Below are positions 23,459 to 34,092 of a stretch of 37,096 nt of DNA, piece by piece. Position numbers and translations under genes: made by a program. The stretch is from Coniocarpon cinnabarinum (lineage: Eukaryota), in contig JAVECO010000211.1 in NCBI GenBank assembly GCA_051942205.1, positions 1-37,096 of the forward strand. The letters run 5' to 3'. The notes beneath the pieces were generated by a model, which made no database searches, was not told where the DNA came from, and worked only from the letters and a program-made list of their open reading frames with translations. The stretch's first letter is position 1. Each line of letters opens with the position of its first letter.

Positions 23459-23929
23459 ATGCAATCGACGGGCTGTGAACACAGGCCCGATACTATTGGA
23501 GACGATCGCCACAATGTGATGATGCTGATCCTCAAAAGATATGTTGAGGACGAGTTGAGCCGGCATCACTCGGTAAACCTAATGATGCATTTCTACTGTC
23601 GAAGGGGTACTCCATCAGTAAGCTTGCACGACTGGATCATTTCTGCGGCTTTGGTGAGCAAGCGATGGCTCAGAATGGTCAAGACGGTCCTGGACCGGTA
23701 TCTCAAGCAGAGCCATGGAAACCCACAACACCGTATTTACACGCCAAATCAGAGGAGGTGACCGGACATTTTCTTCAGCCCATTTCAGCGGCACCGGGAA
23801 AGCACGGAGTACTGCGTGGAACGCATTCGTCTCCCAGATGTCGTGGAAGAAGATGGTGAGCTGAAAGTGTGGTGGCGGCGGCGGCTCAGGACGCCGACGA
23901 GCTTCCGACAATCGCTGGAAGCATGGTAA
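23459..23929 (+). pseudogene. Orphan ORF with F-box-like segment, interrupted by an in-frame TGA
   Basis: ATG 23459 in CCGCCATG context; 100 codons including WIISAALVSKRWLRMV; TGA at 23759-23761; then 55 further open codons to TAA 23929. Confidence 0.3.
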
Positions 23930-24825
23930 AGCGGGGTCTGCATTTACAATTGATAGTATACTGATCAGACTGCGGGATGACATGACAGGGTCAAGGGGGG
24001 ATCAGGACATTTTGCCAGAAGCAGAACCTTACACGCTGAAGCCAAACGAAAAGGAACCCTTGAGATCTAATGTGGCTGCGAAGCTCGTGCGAAGGGAACA
24101 TCTTGCCACGCGAATAACATAGACTGTGGGAACCACGTCTATCATGCGACTGCATACTCAGAGAGATTGACATTTTCGACAGTAACGATCAAGAACATAA
24201 GTCACAGTCATGCTTTTCCTCATTGCCGTAAGGTACAAACCTTCATATTATGTAGTTCGCAACCGGTCAGTGGTAATCCAGAGAGAGTCGTACGCATATT
24301 GATCGCACCAATTGGGAGACAGACTCGTCTGGATCACAATGTGACTGCGTCTTGAATTGCTGATTGTAGCAAATGTGTCGGGTATGGATGTGTTGGCAGG
24401 GGGCACCTATCAGTACCCACCCAGGACTTTCGTATCTGCGACGTTCACACACGCCGTGAACAGTCCAGATTCTCGAATGACCACGATTGCTTGAACGAAA
24501 CTGCACAAGAGAGCAGGAATATCGAATGTATCAACAAGAGATCGCGACGGACGCAATGAAGCGGCTGTTACGCTACGCTGATACCTGGTGTGGCTGTGGT
24601 CCCTAGCTCTGCCTGCGCTTTCCTCCAATTGACCACATTTCACGATAATGGCAGCCAGCCCGTTCTCATACTCCTGTATGACGTCGGAACGAGCAGCATC
24701 TCGCCCGAGCTCACAGTCTTTCCTTCTGCCGGCGTCGAAGACGCAAATGAGCGGAATAACAACAACACCGCGCCTGCGATGACACGAGCTCCAGCGAAGT
24801 GTTGCAACATCTTCATGTCGAGAAA

Positions 24826-26577
24826 ATGTGGTTTGGCCCCGGAAAACATGTCCAGGTGTACGCACCCCCGGACAAGAAAGAGCATAGGCATAAGCAGAAC
24901 GAAAGGCAACGGGACGACCAGCACCGTTTGCACAAGCATAGCTTTGCGGCCTTGAAGAATGGACGACGGACTTCAGACTCCAAGCTTGCTCCCCCCACTG
25001 GGCCCTCCAAGAAGCAACTTGCTTCCAAGTCGTCGCCGAATCTGCTTGTGACGCCTCCAGCAAACAACCATGGAGGAGTTTCGCGACCTCTCAGCGCTCA
25101 ACCAGAGCCTGCGCATGCGGTTGCAAGCAGAAGAGTTGGCTACATGAACCAGAGCGCAGCGCTCGTCGATCGGATATCAGACCGGATGAACACTGTCTTG
25201 ACTTCACTGGATACGGGGGAGCCTCCAAGAGACGCAGACATCGCTCAACGACAAGTCCTTCCTGATGTGCCACCGCTGCCGGCACAATACAGGTCGCATC
25301 AACCTCTCGCCGTCGGTCCAGCTACCAAACTTCCCTCATCTTCCCACTTCGACCGCGTATGGCTCTATGCCAACTCGCGTCTCCCACCCCATCTTCCACC
25401 CCTCAAGCTCTACCTCCCCACGTACCCCATCCTCTGTTTGGCGGTTCAACACTCCCTCTCCGTCTACCATCCTTCTCCCGCTGTCCCGTCATCACAACCT
25501 CCAACAAGAGCAAAATCCACCATCTCAACCTACCACACTGTGCCGGCATCGCTGCGCACCGGCACAAAAGCAATGACGATCGCCACAGCCACGCACGACA
25601 CCGCGACATCCCCTCTCGTCTTGATCGCCATTCGCGGCTCCTCCACCTTCATGGACTGGGCCGTCAACATCCGCCAGGAACCAACGAGCCCTCAAGGCTT
25701 CATCAGTGATGCCGGAAACCTCTGTCATGCCGGTTTCCTCGCCGTAGCAAAGAGCATGGCTCCGCGCATCGCCTTGGAACTACGTCGCCTCCTCGAAGAG
25801 AAACCAGAACGCAGCAGAGCTAGCGTCCTCTTGACAGGCCATTCAGCAGGCGGCGCCGTGGCCGCATTGCTATATATGCACATCCTCTCCGCTCTCAGTC
25901 CCGCCGTCACCGATCCAATCACATCTGAACTCATCGACGTCGCTCAAGCGTTCAAGCGCGTCCACTGCATCACCTTCGGCGCACCGCCCGTTTCTTTACT
26001 ACCCCTCCAACGACCACCAAGCACAGGAAACCGTCGGATCGAGAAAAGCATATTCTTTGCGTTCGTGAATGAAGGTGATCCCGTTGCGAGAGCGGGGCTT
26101 GAATACATTAAAAGTTTGCTGTGTCTTTATACGACGCCGCCGCCACTGTTGGACGGATGGGGACGGGGACCCATTTGGCCCACTCCGCCGGGTGTGCTGA
26201 GTACAGCGGGCCGCGTCGTGCTGTTGCGACCGAAGGCTTCAAAAACGGCAGCGTTGGGTGCAGGACCTGGAGCTGGAGCTGGAGCTGGACAGCAGAAGCG
26301 TGCGCTTTTTAAGAAGAGCTCACCGGATTTGAGGATGCAAGAGGGCGCTCGCGATAGTGCAGGTGGGCTTGGGGCTGGAGGCGGGCTGGGCACGACGCAA
26401 AGCGTGGATGGCACCGAAGGCAAAATCGAAGCGTGTTCCATTACCGACGAGATGCTCCGTGGTGTCGTCTTTGGCGATCCAATGATGCACGCCATGAAGC
26501 TTTACGCTGAGCGAATCGAGAGAATGGCTGTTGATGCCGTGACAGTGGGTGGTGTGTCCAGCCTTATTTTGGCTTGA
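24826..26577 (+). CDS. Class 3 lipase (alpha/beta hydrolase) with low-complexity N-terminus
   Basis: Single ORF from first ATG 24826. Motifs LIAIRGSSTFMDWAVN, CHAGFL, nucleophile elbow LLTGHSAGG, CITFGAPP, FVNEGDPV and MHAMKLY. Confidence 0.9.
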   Translation: MWFGPGKHVQVYAPPDKKEHRHKQNERQRDDQHRLHKHSFAALKNGRRTSDSKLAPPTGPSKKQLASKSSPNLLVTPPANNHGGVSRPLSAQPEPAHAVASRRVGYMNQSAALVDRISDRMNTVLTSLDTGEPPRDADIAQRQVLPDVPPLPAQYRSHQPLAVGPATKLPSSSHFDRVWLYANSRLPPHLPPLKLYLPTYPILCLAVQHSLSVYHPSPAVPSSQPPTRAKSTISTYHTVPASLRTGTKAMTIATATHDTATSPLVLIAIRGSSTFMDWAVNIRQEPTSPQGFISDAGNLCHAGFLAVAKSMAPRIALELRRLLEEKPERSRASVLLTGHSAGGAVAALLYMHILSALSPAVTDPITSELIDVAQAFKRVHCITFGAPPVSLLPLQRPPSTGNRRIEKSIFFAFVNEGDPVARAGLEYIKSLLCLYTTPPPLLDGWGRGPIWPTPPGVLSTAGRVVLLRPKASKTAALGAGPGAGAGAGQQKRALFKKSSPDLRMQEGARDSAGGLGAGGGLGTTQSVDGTEGKIEACSITDEMLRGVVFGDPMMHAMKLYAERIERMAVDAVTVGGVSSLILA

Positions 26578-26899
26578 GGAGATGGATGACTCCACTTGAT
26601 ACCCAGCGTGATGTTCATAACGGAAGGGTGCTTCCCGCTGGGTGGCTTTCGTGGATGTATGAGTAGTTTTTTATGAATCACGGCCGCTTACGATCATGTT
26701 GGATTGAAATGGGTTTTTTGCTTGGAGAGCGGATGCGATAGTGGAGGATATGATATTGGAGGAGCAAGAGCTCCTGGAGGGTGGAGCTGTCTCAGAGTCC
26801 AATCCTTCATCATGACACCGCGTGGACGTATTTCTTTCATGACTATGCTGTCATATGCCTTGTGTCTTGCTGTATACCCTCCCAGACCTATCTGCTGCG

Positions 26900-27420
26900 G
26901 GCGCGCAAAGATACCATCCAGCACATTTACAAATTTTTATACGTCCTAAACATAGAAAAAAAGCTTCGCTATTATATTACTAATTTCTAGAACACATAGA
27001 ACGAGAGGGAATTGCTGAGTGAACGCGATGCTAGTGAGTAATAATACCAGTAGCCTTAGAAGCCCTAAAAAAAATATACAGAAACACTTACAACAAGCCT
27101 GTGATTAACTTCTGAACGTGTGAAATAACAATACAAGCGCTTGACCAAAACGAGGCGGTGGCTTAGCGGTCTGAAGAAGAGTTTACACTTTTAACATGTA
27201 AACTTATTTAATGTCCACTAACTATTTATCTTCTATGTATACACCAGGGGTCATTACCTCTGCTGCGAAGATTGCTTTCTGCTGTACAATATTAACAGTA
27301 AACAATATGCGACGTAGAGCTCCAAAAACTCCAACAATGCAACGCCGTCACATAGCCGGGCCTATACACATATCAGCTGTACACTGTTGGTCGTGACATT
27401 TGAACTTATTCAACTGCGAG
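26900..27420. other. AT-rich, TpA-rich patch; possible RIP-degraded repeat or gene relic
   Basis: Visibly lower GC than the flanks and dense TA dinucleotides (e.g. CTATTATATTACTAATTTCTAG, TTATTTAATGTCCACTAACTATTTATC). Lies between the convergent lipase and TAH18 genes. No transposon motif recognised. Confidence 0.4.
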
Positions 27421-27506
27421 AACGAGGAATTAATGTTCATGCTTCCGCAAAATTTCAGCCCGCAACGTCTCTTCCTGAACAAGGGACCCAGGACTCAGCG
27501 CCAGGT

Positions 27507-29451
27507 TCACCACGTCTCCTGTTGGTACCGTCCACTCTTCTCCAGAGTGGTGAGATATCTTTCGGCGTCTTCTCTTTGCAGTCGCCCTTGTGTCTCAATA
27601 ACATCGGTTAGTGCCGCGCGCACTGCTTGAGGCATTCTGCCCGAAGATCCGCAAATGTAGACAACGCCATCCGCATTTAGGAGTCGATAAACATCCCGTG
27701 CGTGCTCATGAATCACGTCCTGAACGTACACCTTGGATGATTGGTCCCGGCTGAATGCCGTGTGGACTGTTAAATTTCCACGACTTTCATAGCGCGCCCA
27801 TTCGTGCTGAAAGAAGAAATCGGCTTCTCGGTTTCGGCCGCCAAAGAAGAGAAGCTGATCTGCTCGTGGACTTCCAGGGTGCAGTGCTGCTCTTTCATGT
27901 ACCATGGCACGGAGCGGCGCCACACCCGTGCCGGGTCCGACCATGATTGCGGGTTTGTCGAGATCAATGCGCATGCCGCTTCTGCTGATGCCGACCTCGA
28001 GCTGACTGCCAGGTTCCAACTCCGACAAATAGCGCGTGCAGAGGCCTTGTCGTAGCTTTTTGATTATGGTCCGGTAGCGTACGATGGCCACGAGCAGTTG
28101 AATGCGCGTGTCGCCATTGGGTCCTTGCTTCAAGTTTCCACCACTCGCGATACTGAATTGTCGTCCTTTGATGTGAGGAAAAATACTCGCGGCCCACTGC
28201 CACGGTATTTTGACGGTGTCGAATTCTTGCAGCACCTCCAGGATGCTGCGGCGTGGTCGAGTGGTGTAGTCGTAGAGTTCGTCGAGAAGCTCAGGCTTGG
28301 TGAAATCTAGGAGGCGTTCCTTCTGCATTGGGTCAGACGTGAAGTGCGCGAGGTTTGTGAAGAAAGAGCGGCGAGGGATGGCGTTGAGATCTAAGTAATT
28401 CGTAATGAGGTCGCGGAGAGTTGTCGAAGCGCCTAGTCGAAGTGGTGGTGCAACATCGATGGAGTCAGTAAGGGCGTAGTCATCAGGGACGAATTCGATG
28501 GGTCTATCTGCTATTGATTCCCAATGCATGATTGAGATGAGTTCATCGACATCTTCTGTAGCATTCCTAGGAAATATTGTGAGTACATCGCCAGGGCTGT
28601 AGTCGACGGGGTCAACAGAGAATTCAAAAAGTCGAACATCCTGCCAGTGCGCCTCAGGCGTCAGTCTTCCGTTGGATGCAAGCAACGCTGTCCGCAGTGC
28701 AAAATCTAGAGTGTCTTTATGTTGGCGTGAACGTAAGACATCAAGTTTCCATGACTTTTCAGAAATAACGTAGTCGTTCAGGTAGTTGTCCACCATCTGC
28801 AACTTCCATTCTGGCATCAACAGATCCTCGTCAGAGATGACAGTCTGACCAGCTGGCAAAGGGAACTGCTGCAGCAGACTATCATGTAGTGTGGTCAACC
28901 ATGGGATGAAGAGGCCATCAACACCCTCAATATGCTGTTCATCAGACTCGCCCCGCTCGCAGAAGCAGTGGGCGCTAAGTTGAAGAAGACGATTGCTGAG
29001 CTTTCTCGAAGCCCAGTTAAAGCTGACACCGTCAGTCTGATGATGGCTGAGTGCGAGCATATCGCTTACTTTGGATATGAGCTGTCGCCGATGCCAAAGC
29101 TTGTGAAGCACACTCTTGAAAGAACTCCCGTCTTCAACTTACTACTCCGGAGCTTCTTCCAAAAGGAGCGCGCATTCGTGGGCACATCGCCTTGCCCCGT
29201 CGTAGAGACGGCCAAGATCACAACATCAAACTTCACAAAGTCATTCTATCCAGTCATTAGCAAATGGACCACTCACATGTGAGACAAGCCGGACATACAA
29301 GATTCACCATGTCAAGCTCCGTTACAGACGTTCTGAACCGCAGGCGTTTGGTCACCCGCCCAATCTCTTCCGCCGCATCTTGTGCCGTACCACTTTCCGA
29401 GCCATAGACCACGAGAGCGGACCGTCCATGGCTCAACGCGGCCAACGCCAT
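27507..29451 (-). CDS. TAH18: NADPH-dependent diflavin oxidoreductase 1 (cytosolic Fe-S assembly)
   Basis: Exons 29451-29299, 29245-29070, 29022-27507. Flavodoxin motifs VYGSESGTAQD, STTGQGD and FGIGDSSYP; FNR motifs HWQDVR, RQFSIAS, GLCTRYL, MVGPGTGVAP, YICGSSGRMP; C-terminal YQQETW. Confidence 0.94.
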
Positions 29452-29847
29452 ACAACGAATGGGATTGCGGACGTCGGTATGCGGAGGCAAGCTGGCATGA
29501 TGGGGTTACAGCGATCACTCGATGGAGGTGACTTGGAACATGCGTGTGGGACGCGCAAGGAACATTAAGCTCTCAAACGTGTGACCTAGCGTAAGATCTG
29601 ATGTTGCCAGTCGCCGGGACAGTGCGTGAGTGCTATACAGATGGCTGAAAGATCTGGTATTTTGCAGGATTCCATTGCCATTACGTAGCCGATGACTCGC
29701 ATGCCGCCAATGGGTCCGCCAGGCCTTTTCCGGCTTAGTGTAATGTCAAGTATTCGCAGGCAACCTCAGACGGGTACGCTCCTACCCAATCTGGCAAAAC
29801 CACGGGCGCCCGAGCACCATAATAAAAGTCAACACACAATTTCTCGG

Positions 29848-29878
29848 CCTTCTCCTTCTTCTTCCCTTTCCTCTCCAG
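29848..29878 (+). promoter_or_regulatory. Pyrimidine (CT)-rich tract typical of fungal transcription-start regions
   Basis: CTTCTCCTTCTTCTTCCCTTTCCTCTCC upstream of the RRM gene in the divergent TAH18/RRM intergenic region. Confidence 0.4.
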
Positions 29879-30091
29879 CCAAGTCAACATTCAAGCTCCA
29901 AGTCTACACGTTCCACACCTCTCTTCAAGCACATCTTGGGCACGAAGCTACCCAGTAATCCCCCTCTGACAGCACTTCCCACCTTTTCCGGCGGTGTCGC
30001 AATTGTCCAGTACTACCTCTTTATCTGTCTGCAAACTTTTTTCAGCCTCAAGTTTTTAAGGACATTTCAGAACGCTTGAAAACCACAAAAA

Positions 30092-30228
30092 GTAAGTCGT
30101 TACATCTCTCGTCCAGAAGCGATTCTAGCATCGTCTCTCTGCAACCAGAGCAGATCTGCATCGTGAAGAGGCTGCTCCTTACCATTCAAGATTTGGCAAT
30201 GAATGTATTGCTAAGATCATGTTTCCAG
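30092..30228 (+). other. Putative 5'-UTR intron of the RRM gene
   Basis: Consensus donor GTAAGT at 30092, branch-like GCTAAG near 30210, acceptor TTTCCAG ending 30228, 17 nt before the ATG in CAAAATG context. Confidence 0.65.
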
Positions 30229-30245
30229 CAAACAATATAATCAAA

Positions 30246-31489
30246 ATGTCCTCCGGAGCTGCCATCGACGGTGCTACCGCCCAAATGGCCAACACTACCC
30301 TCGATGAGCCCTCTGCCAACGCTGCTGGCGCTTCTGTCGGCGCCGGCGGTGACAAGCCAATCAACGCCGCCCAGAACGAGGCGGTCATTCAGAGTGCCGC
30401 CGAGGGTCGTAGACTCTACATTGGGAACCTCGCTTATGCGACAACTGAGGGGGATTTGAAAGAATTCTTCAAGGACTACCTCATGTGAGTTGGCGAGACC
30501 GCAGATCCCACAGTCACTCGCACGCGTCTGAGCTGACCACGCCTCGTGAAGTGAGACCATATCAATTCCTACCAACCCTCGCACGACGCGCCCTGTTGGA
30601 TACGCCTTTGTTGACGTGTCCACTCCCACCGAGGCCGAGCGTGCTGTGAACGAGCTGAACCAGAAGAACATTCTGGATCGTCCAGTGTTTGTGCAACTTG
30701 CCCGTAAGCCGGATGAGAACCAGACAAACGGCGAAGGTGCTCCTCAGCGGAAGCGTTCTTCGAACCGCGGCCGTGGTCGTGGCCGTGGCGCCCGTCGCGG
30801 TGGTCGTCAAGGCGGCCGGGCTCGTGGCGAGAAGAAGTCGGAGAATGGCGACACTGCTGCCGTCGCTGACGGGCCAACCAACGTTCCTGGACAGACCGAG
30901 CCTCTCACCGATACGACTAATGAGGCCTTGACCACTGACAAGAGTGCGTCTGGAGACAAGAAGGCTAAAGCAGCGAAACCCAAGGCCCCACGCCAGCCCC
31001 GCCAGCGTGGTCCTCCAGAAGACGGCGTTCCATCCAAAAACAAGGTCATGGTCGCGAACTTGCCCTACGATCTCCGTGAGGAGAAGGTATTTGAAATTTT
31101 TGTGCCCTGCTGAGCGTCTGTTGCTGACTTACATCCAGCTTCTCGAACTTTTCGCCTCGTACGAACCAACTGGTGCCAAATTGGCCTTGCGCCCGATTCC
31201 CCGTTTCATGGTGCGCAAACTTCAGGCCCGTGGTGAGCCTCGCAAGGGCCGTGGTTTTGCCTTTGTGACCCTCCCTTCTGAAGACGCACAACAGAAGGCC
31301 ATCTCTGAAATGAACGGCAAAGAGATTGAGGGCCGTGAATTGGCCGTTAAGGTGGCAATTGACAGCCCTGGCAAAGAAGACGAAGCTCTTGAAGCCGCGG
31401 CCGATGCGGCTGAGGGCAAGGAAAATGGCGAACTTGCTCCTTCCACTGCTGAAGGTTCTGGCAGCGTTGCTCCACCGACTGCCGCTTAG
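30246..31489 (+). CDS. RNA-binding protein with RRM-RGG-RRM architecture (Sbp1-like)
   Basis: Exons 30246-30484, 30552-31086, 31139-31489. RRM1: RNP2 LYIGNL, RNP1 VGYAFVDV. RGG box RGRGRGRGARRGGRQGGRARG. RRM2: VMVANLPY and RGFAFVTL. Confidence 0.9.
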
Positions 31490-32039
31490 ATGCGCCACTC
31501 ATTCTGATTCCGATCGAATCCACTTCGCATTTGTATTACTTAATCCCAGCACCCTTCCACTCCTCGATGCAGTGTTACGTCGGTCAGTTTGCGTTCAGTT
31601 CACCAGCTATGGTGCATGACGGCGAAGACACTGCAATCAGGTGACAATAGCTAGCTAAGCAATGTAATTTTATATCACGCTGTGTGTGTGGCAGCACTGA
31701 CGTTCATGTTTCCACGGGCTCTTCAGCGTGTCGCAAAAGCAAACTCCTGCCTACATTCAACATGAGCATAGGTACTTAGGCACGCTACGTCAGTCTGAGC
31801 ACGAACTTTGGCGCCCTGCCGCGACTGACCTGTCTTTATGTCCGTCCACTCCTCATTGTTGAAAGTAAAAATGGACGCATTGAGGTGACAAAACAGCACT
31901 GATAAAGTCCGATCAACTTTCGATCGTCTAGGAAACGACCAACTGTATGCGAAAAACCGGATAAAGGCCTATTCCACTTCGGCATTCCCTCCCAACATTT
32001 CTTGATTTAAACTTGCAGCATCGCGCCCGCCTTTTCAAG

Positions 32040-33568
32040 ATGTCGAAGCTGTGGGAGGTAGATCCGGAGACCAAGGCAAAGTTGTCGGACATACAGAAGG
32101 GCAACGGCAACAAGCTGTGTGTAGATTGCGGTGCTCCGAGCCCACAATGGGTGAGTATCTCTTTGCGACCCCTCGATTGCCACTGAGGACTTCGCAGGGC
32201 CAATGTAGACATTGGTAGCGGTGCCGTTGTCATCCGATGTCTCCAAGATACAGAACCTTTCCCGCCTCGACGTATGCTAATTGATCATTGAACAGGCATC
32301 GCCTAAATTTGGTATCTTCACGTGCCTGACATGCTCCGGCGTGCATCGCTCGCTGGGTGTTCACGTTTCCTTTATACGCTCGGTTGCCATGGACGGCTTC
32401 AAAGTCGGTGAATTGAAGCGATTATCGCTCGGTGGTAACGATCCCTATAAGACGTTCTACAACAAGCACGACGAGAATCAATTGGAAGGCAGAACGTGGG
32501 ACCAAGCGACGATGAAAGAGCGATATGACTGTCTGCCTGGTGAAGAGTGGAAGGAACGACTCACGTGCAAGGTCGAAGGGCGCAACTTTGACAAAATGGA
32601 ATGGACCAAGAAGCGAGAGGAAGAACAAAAGCAACGAGAGAGCAGACAAGCAAGCAGATCCGGAACACCATTGAACGGGCGCATGGACCCTCCTGGTCGA
32701 GGACAGAGCCCTGCAACGGCAGGTCGTGGAAGTGGTGCCGGCGCAGCAGCCTCGAATAACCGAAAGGCCGCCAATGAAGCCTACTTTGCTAAGATGGGTG
32801 CTGACAACGCGAGTCGCCCTGACAGTCTACCACCTAGCCAGGGTGGTAAATATGGCGGGTTTGGTAGTGATCCTGGGCCTACAGACGGTGCGGGTGCTGG
32901 CGGCTCGGACTGGATGTCTGACTTCCAGAAAGACCCCATGGCTGGACTTACGAAAGGTTTCGGTTGGCTCGGAAAGAATGCGAAGACGTCTTATGATGGC
33001 TGGATCAAACCCAACGTACAAAAGGTGCGTTTATTGCATTCGCAGACAGACGCCAACGTCTTTTTGCTGAGACATCGCTGACAACGTGCAGATCAACGAA
33101 TCTGACTTCGCTGCCCAAGCGCGCGCGAATGCAGCACAATTTGCAGGACAGATGCAGACCGGTGTGAAGTCTGCCGCTGATGGCTTCAATCGTTTCGTCG
33201 AAGGCGACCAAGCTCCGCATCCGCAGTCAGGCTCACGCCACGTAAACGAGATGTCCCCAGAGGAAGACAAGCGAGACTTTTGGGAGTCCTTTGGCCAAGA
33301 TGATCATGTGCCACAACATAGAAGGAACACAGCTAGCTTCAGCAAGAAAGAGGCCGACTTTTGGGACACATTCGGTCAGTCGCCAAAAGGGCCTCCAGTG
33401 GAAAAGCAAGAGTTCTGGGATAGCTTTGCTGGCGCTGGCGAGGTCGCAATGGTTGAGAAAGAAAAGCAGCAGAAGACAAGCGGGAGCATTGGCACCAGCG
33501 CGATGAAGAGCGGGAACAATGTCTCTTCCTCAGGACGCAAAAGTGACGAATGGGGAGGTGATTGGTGA
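32040..33568 (+). CDS. GCS1: ADP-ribosylation factor GTPase-activating protein (ArfGAP1/Gcs1)
   Basis: Exons 32040-32150, 32296-33024, 33092-33568. Zinc finger CVDC-x16-CLTC, catalytic GVHRSLGVHVSFIRS, LPPSQGGKYGGFG, acidic Trp C-terminus DEWGGDW. Confidence 0.93.
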
Positions 33569-33944
33569 AGGGCGCTGTGAAAGCGTCCCACTTCAGGTGA
33601 GCTCTGAGGGCACACGCTGGTCACGTGTGATGTTCGAGCCAGTCGCTTGCATCGACTCATGGCAGTTCAGAATGCCATGGGCATTGCGCAAGCATGCTCT
33701 GCTGCACTGACCAAAATCCGAAGACACAGAGAACATACTGACGAAGAGTGGTATGAAGATTTCACTGCACTGCAAAAGTCTAGCATACCACTTCATGTGG
33801 CGACGGAATTTGGCTTTACGGCCGTGTTGGCCCCCCAGTGTGGTCCTGCCGATTATGCGAGCTTCAACTTCTGCTTTTACTATCACCGGTGCTTGGCATT
33901 GAACATGAACGTTGCAGGCCGAGTCGTGATTGAAGGGGCAACAA

Positions 33945-33952
33945 TATAAATA
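33945..33952 (+). promoter_or_regulatory. Candidate TATA box of the SDR gene
   Basis: TATAAATA about 145 bp upstream of ATG 34093. Confidence 0.35.
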
Positions 33953-34092
33953 AGGACTGCTGCACCTCTGCAATTGCCAGCTGGGCCAAACAAGGCCTCA
34001 AGAAAAAGCCAAGCCAGCTCAAGACTAGTCCCCAGCGCTTCCATTGAATCTAGTGAGGCGTCTGACCCCCTTCAATCACGGGTAATACAACA

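Noticed and set aside
24410..25063. 217-aa antisense ORF overlapping the lipase 5' region, and similar antisense or alternate-frame ORFs in the track (e.g. 15486-16028, 34747-35481)
   Set aside because: Shadow ORFs of real genes with no family motifs.
26268..26289. GGAGCT repeats
   Set aside because: They simply encode a Gly-Ala linker within the lipase.
33647..33949. 100-codon ORF between GCS1 and the SDR
   Set aside because: No ATG at its annotated start, no recognisable motif, and it occupies the expected terminator/promoter space.
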